From Fistulifera solaris (lineage: Eukaryota), in the NCBI GenBank assembly GCA_030295235.1, contig AP026133.1, positions 1,178,001 to 1,242,000 on the forward strand: DNA of 64,000 bases, in the 5' to 3' direction. The translations under genes were made by a program, and so were the position numbers. Below are positions 26,202-38,234 of this stretch, piece by piece. Positions within the stretch are counted from its first letter, which is position 1; each line of letters opens with the position of its first letter. The notes beneath the pieces were generated by a model that saw only the letters and a list, made by a program, of their open reading frames with translations, was not told the origin of the DNA and ran no database searches.

Positions 26202-26897
26202 ATGACTTCCAACAAAGCATTTGCCGCTGTAACAGTCAAAATCATTAGTGATATTGTCTGACCGTTCTGTTTTGTCGGTTTGCGTCACCTGCAAGCCGCC
26301 AGTCAACAGACGCAAATTCCCATTGCCCTGTCGTGGGAACCTTTCTTATTGAATCCGAACATGTCGTTAGAAGGACAAGATATGGAAGAGCATCTGGTAC
26401 AAAAGTACGGTTCCAGTGCTCGACAAATGTTACACGATCCGAAAAGTCGTTTGAAACTAATGGGTGAAGCTGTAGGAATTCATTTCAATAACAATCGACG
26501 CATGGTCAATACTATTCAAGCACATCAATTAATGGAGTTTATCAAGGACAAGTACGGGAATGATAAGGCAAATGCACTCATGGAGCAATTGTACGAGCGT
26601 TACTTTGTACAAGCGCAAGATATTTCCAAGTTGGAGACCTTGGTCCAAGTAGCGAACGATGTTTCCATTTCAGGAGACGATGTGCAACGTGCGATGGTAG
26701 AAGTGCCCAGTACCTTAATTCTACAAAAAGACCGCCATGTCAAACAGAATTTGGGTGTGACCGGTGTGCCCTTTTTCATGATTTATGGGGCAGATGACGA
26801 CGAGGATGACGACGAACCTACGGTCTTTTCGGGAGCATATCCGATTTCCTTTATTGCCGATTTACTGCAGAAAGCATCCAAAGCTTCGACGAAATAA
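26202..26897 (+). CDS. DsbA/FrnE-like thioredoxin-fold oxidoreductase, putative selenoprotein (TGA at 26259-26261; UPFC)
   Basis: ATG 26202 reads MTSNKAFAAVTVKIISDIV-TGA-PFCFVGLRHL in frame with the 26280 ORF (WEPFLLNP, NTIQAHQL, GVTGVPFF, FSGA). The FrnE consensus is SDxxCPWCyxG, so TGA occupies the first Cys. Confidence 0.9.
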
Positions 26898-26954
26898 GTG
26901 TATTCCGTCAAGGGTTTATCTACTGTTGTTCTTGTAAATTCACGAAACGAAAAA

Positions 26955-27022
26955 AAGAAGGATGGGTCCCTCTGTGAATGACCAGCGTCAACAAGATGCT
27001 GTGAACCGACAGAGTCTTTCTT
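26955..27022 (+). promoter_or_regulatory. SECIS-like 3' UTR hairpin
   Basis: AAGAAGGA/TCTTTCTT and CTCTGT/ACAGAG lower helices, core A-TGAC (26978-26982)/TGAA (27002-27005), upper stem CAGCGTC/GATGCTG, loop AACAA; starts 58 nt after the stop codon. Folded by eye. Confidence 0.6.
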
Positions 27023-27821
27023 GAAGCGCGTGTTGTGATTTCAATGGTGATAAGCTAGTAATATAGATACATTTGGTCTTAGAACTAGTACTGCAAAGTC
27101 CGAATGATTACAGTCGCATTTGTCCGTGTCGAATTCTTGACATCGCCGTCAACTAATCTATCAGCCCGATGAAAGACTCGATTCTTACAATGACAGTCTG
27201 AGAACAGCTGGAGTATGAAGCATGATTGCGATTGTAGACTCGTAGCACCATCTCAGCGATTACTCGAGTGTGTACACGAAAGACATCCACTGAATCATCT
27301 TGTGAACCGAAAACACGCAAATTCTTCCTTCAACCACCGTATTTCAGACTGCACTACAAGATTAAATTCCTTTGACCAAGCTGTCGGTACATTAGTATGT
27401 TGTGCCAAATAGATGCTGTCGACTTTGCGTGTCTTCACTGGGCCATTTTCTTGGCAAAGCAAAAAAGTCGGAACAAACTTTTTTGGATAATTGTCGTCAA
27501 TCGAAAAGAGGGATTTTCAAGAAGATGAAGCATCCAACAAACAAATACGGAGTAAGTTGACATGCAAATTGTGAGAAAAACTGCCCCCATGTCGCCTAAG
27601 TAAATATGCAACGGTGACTATCCGGTACTCCATTGCCTTAATTGCCCGCCAGTTTGGGCCGTTGCAATAGATTTCTATATAAGTGGATAGTGGAGAGCTT
27701 TATTCATCAGCGACACAAATTTCTCGCACCAACACACGCCAACGCGAAACGCGAAATCACCACATTTTCAAAAGCCATACCAATCGAAGTAATCTTCAAA
27801 GGAAATGAAGGGAGAAGAACG

Positions 27822-29253
27822 ATGAGATTTCAAAATATTACAAAACTTATCGTTACATTTGGATTAATATGCATGCTTTCGTCTCCAGGCGTCTTGGCTA
27901 CCCAACAAACGATCAATCGTGAACTCGATCCGGATGATACGGAGCGATTTCTGTATTCTGTGTCACAAGCGATCCAAGCGCCAGGGACGGTCGATTTATC
28001 GCAACTTGTGTTCTCCAATATGAATCGAAATCCATATTATTACTCGCAAGCGATCGATGACGCCTACAACGAGAATGAAAACAACAACGAGGGCGACCAA
28101 TCCAGTGAAACGACGGTCGAAGTGGCGTTGCTCTATTGTGGATCCGCAGCGACGCAAAGTAGCGGCAACAATTCTATCTGTAACTTGCAAAAGCTGGGAA
28201 TTGGCAAATATTCTGAAGAAGATGGCACCCATTACCGCTGCTGTACTGCGGATGCCATAAATGCGGGGGTGTGCGCGGAAGAAGGGCGTTTAGTGGTCGA
28301 CGATACTGTATTTTCGGGCCAATGGTTCGAAGTCGTTTCAAAAAGCAACAATGATAATACCTACGCCATCGATGACCCTATTCGTTTTGTGGAACAGTCT
28401 GGCATTTATATGGTGGTCCTAGCGAACTGCAATCAGCACGGCATTCCGATCTTGACCAAGGGCGACCTAAGATTTCGATCACGATACGGATACTTGCCAA
28501 GCAGTGACTGGAAAGTTTCATGGATCGCACATGCCTTTACTTTCATGGCTGCAAGTATACTTTCTTGGCTCTGTCGACGGAATGTTCGTCGGAGCATTGA
28601 CACAGTCCAAATCAGTGCGGTAGCAATGGCATCCGTTCACAGTATCATGCTGAGTCTGTATTATTTGAAATACAATATGACAGGAGTAAGACCCGATACT
28701 CTATATCATATGTATCTTATCTTCAATGCCTTAACCTTGGGTCTGGTCAACGCATTCATGGTGCTCGCTGCTTTTGGATGGCGCTGTCTGGAAAAGGTGT
28801 ATACATCGATTCCCATTCACAGTATCTGGCTGTTTGGAGGCACCTGTACCGTTATTCTCTGCCTATTGCCCATCTCGGGCGATCACTTCCCTGGTTGGTG
28901 AGTTTCTCCGAGTAGGTTGCGCTTCTTGGGCCCTTCAAGTAAACATGACAACATTACACAAATTACGTCACACGGATGAAGAAATGTTCCGTCGGTGGGC
29001 CTTCATGCGGGCACTATTTGTTTTGTCCATTTGCCTTAGCTGTTTAGTTTGCTTTTTCTATTTGTTTTTGGCCAATAAAAGTGATGCCGTGCAACAATGT
29101 TTTCTCACCCTACAGCAGCTCATGAACTTGACTATGCTTGTGACGCTATGGTATCTAATCCGACCTTATAATGAAGCGCTCCTCCTTGGAAAGAATGGTG
29201 TGGATAGCAATAGTCAAGAAAGCGATTGTTACAAAAGAGGAATAGATCCTTAA
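27822..29253 (+). CDS. GOST/TMEM87-like multi-pass membrane protein (paralogue 1); apparent frameshift at CCC ~28870
   Basis: Signal peptide, luminal domain with CCTADAINAGVCAEEGRL, LANCN, RSRYGYLP, then about 7 hydrophobic helices. Confidence 0.7.
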
Positions 29254-29362
29254 CAATAACGATGGAATGAGCTACAATCCTACGTATTTTCCGCATTATT
29301 AAATCTATAAACATGAATTTTTTCAATTATTAGTACATACTATTCGATTGATATTCTCAAGA

Positions 29363-30769
29363 TCAAGCAGACAAATCGCTTGCGTCCGAGTCTTCTTCCT
29401 CTTGGCGTGAAAGAGTCACTACAGGATCTTCAAAGTCCTTGAGTAAAGGCTCACTCTGTGGTCTTAGTATGATTCCAACGGATAGAATCACACAAACAAA
29501 TACGGATTGACGAATTGTGTAAACACCACGATGCAGAGTCTCGATGTCATCGGCATTGTTGCTCTTGCTCCATTTGATGCAGTAGACGATTAGTAAACCG
29601 ACATGAAGCAAAAGCGAGAAAGCGAACACACCCCGTAGCAAAGTAAAGCGGCTCATCTTCTCCTTGTCGAGTAGCTTGAACCGATCGATCATCCTTGTGG
29701 TTGCTTTGACCGCCCATACAAGAAACATGAATCCTAACACTTGACCTACCACCGCTGGGTGTCGAAGGCTGGGAATAAGAAGGATGAGAGTGTACAACGC
29801 TCCCAACGAACAGATTGTATACACTGGAATCAGGTTGGTGTTGTCGTCGTGTTGGTCCCAACCGAAAGAGATTAATAACATGAGTGTATTCCCGACTCCG
29901 TACTTGCAGCCGTGGAGAAACTCACGAATCTCCGTGATTATCGCCGGTTCAACGCCTGATACATTAGCGACGATGAAGCATAAGCTCTGCATAAAACTTT
30001 CAAGGAATGCAAGCAACAGTGTTGCACTGATGACATGATCTGAAAGCTTGGAACGACGCTGTTGAAGAAACCAGGCAAGGGCTCCTCCTATGATTAGCGT
30101 CATCGCATGAGTGACCCAGGAAAATCGCCATGAGACCACAGTAAGATATCCATAGCTCGACTTGAAGCCCAAATAACCTTTGACGCTGATCGGATACTCT
30201 TCGTTGCAATTTGCAAAAAGCACTGCGCTCGAGCCGGATCCCGACGGGTAAACGAACTTCGTGTCCAAATATCCCGAGTTTCCTGGAGATACTTCCACGT
30301 AAACCAATTGACCGTCAAAGTAGTCGTTTAAAATCAATCGTCCTTGTTCTTCACAAGCTCCAGCTGCCAATGCCTCTGCCGTGCAACATATATAGAGGTT
30401 GTTGTTGATTTGTTCACCAATCCCACTGTACTGCTGCAAGCAGGTCGCCTTTTCGAGATCTCCACATGATAAGACAACAGCTTCGATTAAAATGCTCGCG
30501 TCTTGATTATAAGTGTTTCCGCCGTCGTCAGTTTCATTGACTGCGTCGTCGGTGCCGTAGAATGCAGCATCGTCGTTGTTTGAGTCAACGACGGCAAAGA
30601 TGAGATGTCGGAAGTCGATTCGTCCTGGTACCGTTATTGTTTCTGCTTCGATAAAATAGTCTTCGTAAGGTTTTAAAATGACGTCCATCTTATGCTTCGT
30701 CGCGGAGACTACACACATCAAAAGCCAGATAAGAAAGAATCGCGTCATGGCGCTTCCAGCTCCGCTCAT
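29363..30769 (-). CDS. GOST/TMEM87-like multi-pass membrane protein (paralogue 2)
   Basis: Signal peptide, CCTAEALAAGACEEQGRL, FANCN, KSSYGYL, LISFGW, about 7 TM helices, IILRP near the C-terminus. Confidence 0.75.
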   Translation of the reverse strand: MSGAGSAMTRFFLIWLLMCVVSATKHKMDVILKPYEDYFIEAETITVPGRIDFRHLIFAVVDSNNDDAAFYGTDDAVNETDDGGNTYNQDASILIEAVVLSCGDLEKATCLQQYSGIGEQINNNLYICCTAEALAAGACEEQGRLILNDYFDGQLVYVEVSPGNSGYLDTKFVYPSGSGSSAVLFANCNEEYPISVKGYLGFKSSYGYLTVVSWRFSWVTHAMTLIIGGALAWFLQQRRSKLSDHVISATLLLAFLESFMQSLCFIVANVSGVEPAIITEIREFLHGCKYGVGNTLMLLISFGWDQHDDNTNLIPVYTICSLGALYTLILLIPSLRHPAVVGQVLGFMFLVWAVKATTRMIDRFKLLDKEKMSRFTLLRGVFAFSLLLHVGLLIVYCIKWSKSNNADDIETLHRGVYTIRQSVFVCVILSVGIILRPQSEPLLKDFEDPVVTLSRQEEEDSDASDLSA

Positions 30770-33139
30770 TTGACGTACAATTGAACTGGTGGGGGATGAG
30801 TTGACGACTTGCGTGAGTGCTTGTGAGTTTTCTTTGAAGCAATCCTTGGATCCTGTGAGAGTGCCCACTTTTCTCCAAATTCGTACGATTTCTTCTAACT
30901 TCGGTTGGGAATAAAGCCAACTGTTTCAATCGGCCGTTGTTTTGATGAAAACGGATGTTGATCCGTTGGTTTTTCATCGTTTGAACCTTGCCGAATGAGA
31001 TGCGTACTTCGTCCTACATTCCGACTGTCACAAAATCGCCTTATGTAATCGAGTATTTAGAAGGATGCATTTAAAGGGTTAGTGCCGGTCATTTCAGCAC
31101 AACTTATTTGGAGTACCGGATAATTATTCAACGGTTAGGTCTTTCCGTTCAGAAAACCTCACACATTCTACAGTTTCTTTCTCACATCAAGATCAAGCCT
31201 CATCGACTGTCAAGTGTCATTAAGGAATGGTCCAAATCAAGGCAAAGAATTGAAGCCCAAACGAACAAACGAAAACTATTCAGCGAAGCAAGATATCGCG
31301 AGACATTTCGTTCCGGCTCTAATCTCAAGGTGCTACTTTCATGGGGAGCACGATCGTGATTTATAAGAAGCTGACAAAAAGATGCTCAAACGGTACGCGT
31401 CAGACGGTATTCTGTCCCACTTCAGATTGTACAAGCCACAACAACCAACAAATCGAAACGCTCCACACTCCACATAGCTAGGGGGGGGGGGCTTACCGTA
31501 TTGAAATGTCATATCTTGCGCCACGCGTCACGATCCACGACCGAAGACCCACCATGTGATGCTTGGATTGCAGCGTGATTACTTTTGGGTGGCACTACGT
31601 AGTTCGTCATGATTCCTGAACTGTGATCTTTGACCTAAGCACTACCGCTTCTATGATTCCGCATCTCTTTGACAATAAATCAATCAATTTCGGGGAAATA
31701 TTTTGTCAAGCAAAGCTAATGCAAACGTTCGGCTTCAAAATGTGAAACTTTCTAGATGAAGTTACATTAAGTTGACTTGAATTTGAGGCGGTCATATTTC
31801 AAACCTCGTTTTCGTCTTTCGCTTCAAACGAGGTAAATCAAAATTTTCCGCCAGCAGAATGTGCCTTGGGCACCCATCATCGACGGGCTGAATGACATGA
31901 AAACTAGACGATTGATCGTCCAAGCGTTGTTTTTCCAAAGAGAAATCTATTTTTCAAGTGTGTCTGCGGCCTCGGACAGTTTCTCTGGCTCAAACAACGA
32001 CTGTATTGGAGGGACCTTATCAATGCGGTTACAAACACGGGTGCGCGAAGAGGCTTTTGTTGGGCTTCTGTAATTTAGCTCGTAAATTTCCACCGAGCAC
32101 AATTCACTCTCCGTCAAATCGCAGTCGGTTGATTCAGTCAGAGCGTGGTTTGATGGCGGATCTATACCTAGGAAACACTTTGGCTCGAAAACAGTTGATT
32201 CATGACTAAAATACAGTCGTGTGAAAAGGTCGCCTACACTTCGGGTCATACATCGAGACTCCTGGGCCAAGACGATCGATGTTTCGACCTTTCTAAATTT
32301 TTGAATACCTGGTACAGTAATTGAATGACAAAAGATCGTCACAACATCCTTTTCTTATTCTGTTATCACGCAATAAGACGATTTTAGCTTTTGAACCTTA
32401 GATTTTTTCCTACAGTGTTTTCCGCTGTCTGCTGTCAGTCTTAGCTCTTAGCGTCTTAGCGTTTAGCTTTTGGTCCTATTTGGCTTTCAAGCTTTCAGCT
32501 TTCATTATTCATTACTCATTACTAATTACTGTCTCTTTGAGATTTACCAAGGCTATTGCAATTTGCAATTGTCTATTGTCCTTTGTCGCATGTCTTCATA
32601 CTACCAACTACTTACTACTAGTACGTATCAACTATCAACTACCTGTCATCGAAAAACGATAAACGAAAGAAAGAAACCAAGACTGAATTATAAGGAACTC
32701 CAGACATTTGAAAAGACGTGTGTGCGTGGTGGTGGTGCGTGTGTGTGGAGTGTTGATTGTTATTGATTGTTGATCCTCGCGTTGCTTGGCCGTCATCCGT
32801 CAACCTTAATCCTAACAGAGCATTCCTTACTCTGATGAAGTGAAATTTTTGTTCATTGTGACCTATGGCTATGGCACCAATTGATATGTTGATTGATATG
32901 CAATACGAATGATATGAGAAGTTACTACGGTGTGTAGGGTGCCTTGAATAAAGACTTCTCGTTCCGACAGCGAGATTCTCATTTGAAGCAGAACGTTCCA
33001 GTCCTAAGAAATAGGGAATGACTTGGGTCCCGTACCTTTCCAGTTCACACTGTCGCTGTGACCAGTTACCAGGTACTGACTGGTATTGTTGCTCGTCATC
33101 ATCATATCAACTATGATAATGACGATATAATGCTATAGC

Positions 33140-35153
33140 ATGACTTCAACAACAAGACGGCGACTGAACGTATTGCCCGCCGATGCGGAAGAGAGAGATT
33201 TGCATCTGCAAGGAACGAAACGACGACGGAAACGAAAGGCGGAGCAACCATTTATCATTCTTGTGTTGCAAGTTGGTACATCCTTGGCTAGTTTTGCATT
33301 TGTATTATATACAACCTACTATTTCCTTGTTCCTTTGATCGAAAATCCGAGTAATCAAAGTCTTACTGTGGAAGACGACGATGTACTACCATTTAAGGAC
33401 ATTCCTTTGCCCATCGCAGAAACAGCGCCGCCGATGCCGATCTTTAATTTGACAGCCGATCGAGATCCTTATACTATCGCGCAACGGTACTTTGTCGAAG
33501 GGGATCCGTTTTGGAAGGCAGCACAAGGATTGCGAACGGAATTCACGGAGCGGTACGGCGGTGAGAATGCGGCGCGTGCTATACTCGAATTAGGAACATC
33601 GACGTTCGACTGGGCAAACGCTGATCACACAGCTTGTCGTATACAAAGAGCCAAAGAAGAAAAGCGGCCTTTTCGAATAGCATTTGGAGGATACTCGGTC
33701 ACGGCAGGACGGGGGAACTTGTTTTCACAATCCTATCCATTTCAAATGGAACACATACTGCATACCTTATTTCAATTACAGGGAGTGGAGCTGAAAGTTC
33801 GGAATGCGGCAATTGGTGGCTGTCCCTCCTTTCCCTATGGATGGTGTTTACCAAACTTCTTAGGGAGTGATGCGGATGTTGTTAGCTGGGATTTTAGCAT
33901 GAATGAAGCCGGAGGAGATCCTTCAGGATTGGAAGCGTACATTCGTCACCTTCTGCAAATGCCTCACAGGCCCAAACTAATCGTCAAAGATACACATATG
34001 GCAACAGAACGTCGCAATTTGTTGCAAAAATATTCTTATTTGATGGTTGACGCGATTGTTATGCATACCGATCCAGCGGCACGGCCGTTTCTAAATCGAA
34101 AAGAAGAATACCGACCGCCGGGGTTTCAAGAATGGAGAAAGTTTGGATCGCCACCAGGTGCTCCAGGACAAGCATTGCATCATCCTGCAGTTCAGGAACA
34201 TACATTCATTGCGTGGATACTAGCCATGCATTTTCTGGAAGCTCTAGAATTACTCGCTGCAGCGGATCACGGAGACTACTTACTGACTTGTCCCGAGACG
34301 GAGGGTGACAAAATCCTGTTACCGCCCCCTGTCTCTGTGAACTTAACAATCAACGACCTGAACACCAGCTCAATTCTCTTTGGATTGCCAGTATCGTCCA
34401 GTGGTGACAAGTGGCGCATGAATCCAGTGCATTGTCGAACCACCTTTGAGCCTATTTTGGACGGTCAATTACATGACATTGTCGAATCCGGAACCACAGC
34501 TGAAGATCTAGATGTGATGCTCCCCAAGTCCAAAATGTTTTACAATAAAGCTTGGGTGCTCGATCTAAGTCCAGGAGAAAAGAAAGCCAAACGGAATTTG
34601 GATCGCTTTGGGGGTCTTGGTTTCCTGGACTCGAAAAAAGGCTTATTATGGCTTGCCAACCTCCGATACCATACGTTTTCTCATTCCCTATGAACCCGAA
34701 CACTCAAAAATCTCTCCAAAGCAGCCTCAATTGGGTGATAAAGCCATCGAATGGTTCCAGGCTGTTGTTTGGTGCGAAGTCAATGAAAAGCGAGAGTCGT
34801 TTACAGCTTGTAATACCGGAAAGGACGTCGATTTTCAAATTGGAGGAGTCAACGTAACAAATGGACGGATGATGGAAGATGCTGGAACGCTTTATCTGGG
34901 CGAAAAGTTGTGCATGCATCTGCCAATTCCAATGAAAGCTAAATTGACCAATCGTAAGCGAATCCGTGAGCAGAGATTGGCAGACGCCGATCACGAAATG
35001 TTTGTCTTTCCATATGGCGATGAAGGCAAGGATGAAATTGTGGGTTTGTTGGTTGAAGCTTCCGTGAACAATATTCGCATCATTCAGCGCGAAGATGCAT
35101 GTTCCGTATCTCACATTGTTTGGGAGCAAACACGACATCCAGAGCAGCGATAG
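33140..35153 (+). CDS. Type II membrane protein with SGNH/GDSL-like domain; apparent +1 indel in A6 at 34634-34639
   Basis: Basic N-terminus plus one TM helix; FGGYSVTAG, RNAAIGG, WDFSMNE and HHP segments resemble SGNH blocks I, II, III and V. Confidence 0.7.
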
Positions 35154-35610
35154 GTTGCCTTTTCGCCGTCTGCACAATTATGGACTAAACAGCGTCTTTG
35201 TGTACAACGAAGACCGCTTCAGATCGTTATTGTCAGCAGCATAGTGGAGTGTTATTGCTTGAAGGTGCTGCAACAACGATTCGTCGTTCCAGTGCTAAGC
35301 CTAAAAAGGGCGGCCAAGCGAGACACAATCTCCTAATTATTCACGTGCATAAGCCATGGCACTCATGATATGAATATGTCAGTATATGTCCCTGATCTGA
35401 TTGGTAAACGGGAGCCCATTTTCGTGGCGATAGCATTGAATGCATCGTTTATTCATGCGAAATGGATCGAATGCCTTTGTGTTGGCCTAGACTAAGAAAC
35501 AGCTCTCCTCTTTGTGTGAAACTGAGACTATGAAACAGCTCTCCCTGTGTATTTGCACTAGAATAAAAGACGAATTTTACAATTAAAAGTATTACAAGCG
35601 CGCTGAAATA

Positions 35611-36401
35611 TCAATCCTTGCTTGTATTAGTCACAATTGCCAAATGAGCCAGATTGCTTTGCTGAACCTTTGGTTCTATGGACCAAGCTGTTGTAGTAGC
35701 CGGTCCAATGGGAATTGCGGTATCATCTCGATTTCCTCCATCTTCTACCGTCAAACCGAGAATTTGCTCCGTAATATTGATAGCCAACTCTTGAACTGCT
35801 TCCGGTGGTAAGTTCAAATCATTCCCTATGGATTTAGCCATCATCAACGGATCCATATCGACAGAAGGATCCCATTCAAAGTCGTCGTGAATGCGATACC
35901 CGTTGAGTTCCATGCGGATACGAATGGGGATTAGTTTTGAGGCGTGAACTGTTTGTGTTTCATCATTTTCTTCTTCTTCTTCTTCTTCTTCTTCTTCTTC
36001 TTCTTCTTCTTCTTCTTCTTCCGCCTCTTTTTGATCTAGCGATTTTGTTGTATGAGTTCTTTTTAATTTCTTTTTAGAGGGCTCTGACACAGACTCAAGA
36101 AATGCTGCATATAATTGCTCGAAAATACATTTTTGAATCTTTTCTACCATTTCCCATGACCACAAATCCATTCGTCCTGTAAAGTGACGCACTGTTCTTC
36201 CCATACCTATGACTTCCGCATCACCTAGAATAGATTTCGCCAAGTACAAGGCATTCTCTGACAGCGATTCTTCGAGTCGATGAGGTTCGAGGGCAGCGGC
36301 AACACATTTCGATCAAATAGTAACGTATCGACGATGCGGAGCTTTGATTCATCTTCCGACGTGACGTCTACTCGAATGGGAATGTATTTTTGATGTAGCA
36401 T
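35611..36401 (-). CDS. SNF5/SFH1-repeat chromatin-remodelling subunit-like protein; apparent frameshift ~36285
   Basis: Two SNF5-like repeats: YIPIRVDVTSEDESKLRIVDTLLFD and LIPIRIRMELNGYRIHDDFEWD...MAKSIGNDLNLPPE...IT EQI, separated by poly-Glu. Confidence 0.7.
35968..36021 (-). repeat. (GAA)18 microsatellite encoding poly-Glu
   Basis: 18 perfect TTC units on the + strand, in frame within the SNF5-like gene. Confidence 0.95.
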
Positions 36402-36724
36402 ACTGAAAATGATGATGATAATGAATAGTAGAGATAGTAAGAATAGACAACGTACAAGGTACTTGCACTAGAAATAAAGACTCAACATCGCTGTTTGATG
36501 TGCTGCCGTGATGAACGTTGTGCGAAATCAAATAAAAATTGACGGACGACGGGCGGGCGCAGCGAACTTTTCACGCACGCGCGCGCGGTCGGCGGCAAAT
36601 AAAAACTACTACGTAGTACGTAATAATTTTGGGAAAACTATTTTCGGATACAGCGCGAAAGATCCAAGACTCCTCCTCCTCGATAAACGATCTTCATTTT
36701 TCGCAAAGCCTCGCTGAATATGTG

Positions 36725-37280
36725 ATGGCAGTATTTTTCAAGGGGGTAAGTCTTCCAAGTCGACCTTCCTGCCTGCTGTTATACCTCTCCGAATCATCTG
36801 CTTGTTGTAGACTCTTTGACAAGCTCTCGTTGGTGTTAGTGTTAGCATTGGTGTCATCATTGTATTGATTTCATCTTTCCTTCTTGATCAATATTTCGTT
36901 CCTGCAAACAAGAAGATTGAAGGAGATCAAAAGCAACCCCTTGCCTTTAACCCCTCGCAATTTCGAGCCCGGAACACCTTCTCTAGGAGCGTTCCCGCAA
37001 CTCCGCCGGCTCCATCTGAAGGTGTTGTCAGCCAACAGACTCCGCGTCAACCCGTTGAGTCTGTGGAGCGTGATACTTAGGTATCTGTCACGCGCAAGGA
37101 ACGTCGCACGTCGCGACAATTGGAGGGTCGTAAAAACCCGTCCGGTTGCATCTTCAGCACCCCGGTAACTCGTAAAGTGTTAGCGGATCTTCCATTTGAT
37201 TGTATGCAACAAAAGAAATGCGGTTCGAGAGACGTTGAATGGCTCCCGAATGCAGACATATACGGTCCCGTATTGTATTG
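36725..37280 (+). pseudogene. Possible small disrupted gene (membrane anchor plus short C-terminus)
   Basis: ATG 36725, GTAAGT...TGTAG intron-like segment, hydrophobic LVGVSVSIGVIIVLISSFLL, then stops and frame breaks. Confidence 0.25.
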
Positions 37281-37466
37281 ATGTCACATAAAGAATGGAT
37301 TAGACGTTGTTGACTTACCGAGAAAACAAGCGCAAAACAGAACTCTGTCGAAATATTCACCATTGCAAGCTAGTCGAGCGACAACAATCAAGCCAGCCAT
37401 TCATTATCACACAACATCGATTGGCATCACTACATCTTTTCCATTTTGTTTTGTTGATCGTTATTT

Positions 37467-38234
37467 CTAGATTCTACTTTGCGAGACAACTCGTTTCTCC
37501 GCTTTCACTGGCACAAGATCCACTTCCGCTAGCATCAGTTTGTTCTCCTCCTCTAATATAGATAATTGATAACGTCGTAACTCGCAATTTTCGAATCGTG
37601 CGTCAACTTGTCGATTCACGGTCGTGATTTGCCGTTTGTCGCGCAAAACAATGTTGTCGTGCGCTAATGTGTAATGCAGAATCCCTCCATGACAAACCAA
37701 CAAGAGAGACCGCACTGGAAGAGTCGTTAACCACTGAAAGCCCGCCACGCCTCGTTGTTGACAGCTTTCCACCGTCTCTAATTCCGTAGCGACCCAACTA
37801 TCATCGTGATTCGATTGCAGATTGTCAAACGACCATTCGGGGTATAATTTTTGTAATTCACTCTTGTTGCGTCGCTTGGCATTCAGCAATTTGCCATTGA
37901 TTTCCCGGAAATTTTCGTACACGACACGTTTCGCGGTCGTTGTTGTTGGCGGGGCCACTAAATTGGCAGTATCGAGACATCGACTCAACGGTGAACTAAT
38001 CACCATTTCAACACCCGAAAGCAAGTGCTGGTACTGTTTTCCGACACTAGCTCCTTGCTCTGTGCCTAGTTCGGTCAGCGGACTGTCATGTGAATCATCT
38101 AAACGCATCCATTCCAGAAATTCTTCAAACGAACAGCCCGCTTGTTTCGCGGCTTCTGCTCGTGGATTGTGTGTCGCCTGACCGTGTCGAACAATAAAGA
38201 GCTCCTGAAAGGCCGCAGGTCGTGATAGAACCAT
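37467..38234 (-). CDS. Histidine phosphatase / phosphoglycerate mutase family protein
   Basis: LFIVRHGQATHN, DSPLTELG, ISSPLSRCLDT, LLVCHGG, FENCELR; start uncertain. Confidence 0.9.
   Translation of the reverse strand: MVLSRPAAFQELFIVRHGQATHNPRAEAAKQAGCSFEEFLEWMRLDDSHDSPLTELGTEQGASVGKQYQHLLSGVEMVISSPLSRCLDTANLVAPPTTTTAKRVVYENFREINGKLLNAKRRNKSELQKLYPEWSFDNLQSNHDDSWVATELETVESCQQRGVAGFQWLTTLPVRSLLLVCHGGILHYTLAHDNIVLRDKRQITTVNRQVDARFENCELRRYQLSILEEENKLMLAEVDLVPVKAEKRVVSQSRI

Noticed and set aside
27168..27205. Second SECIS candidate (ATGAAAGACT...AGTCTGAG)
   Set aside because: Stem is out of register with the GA core, weakly paired and farther from the stop codon.
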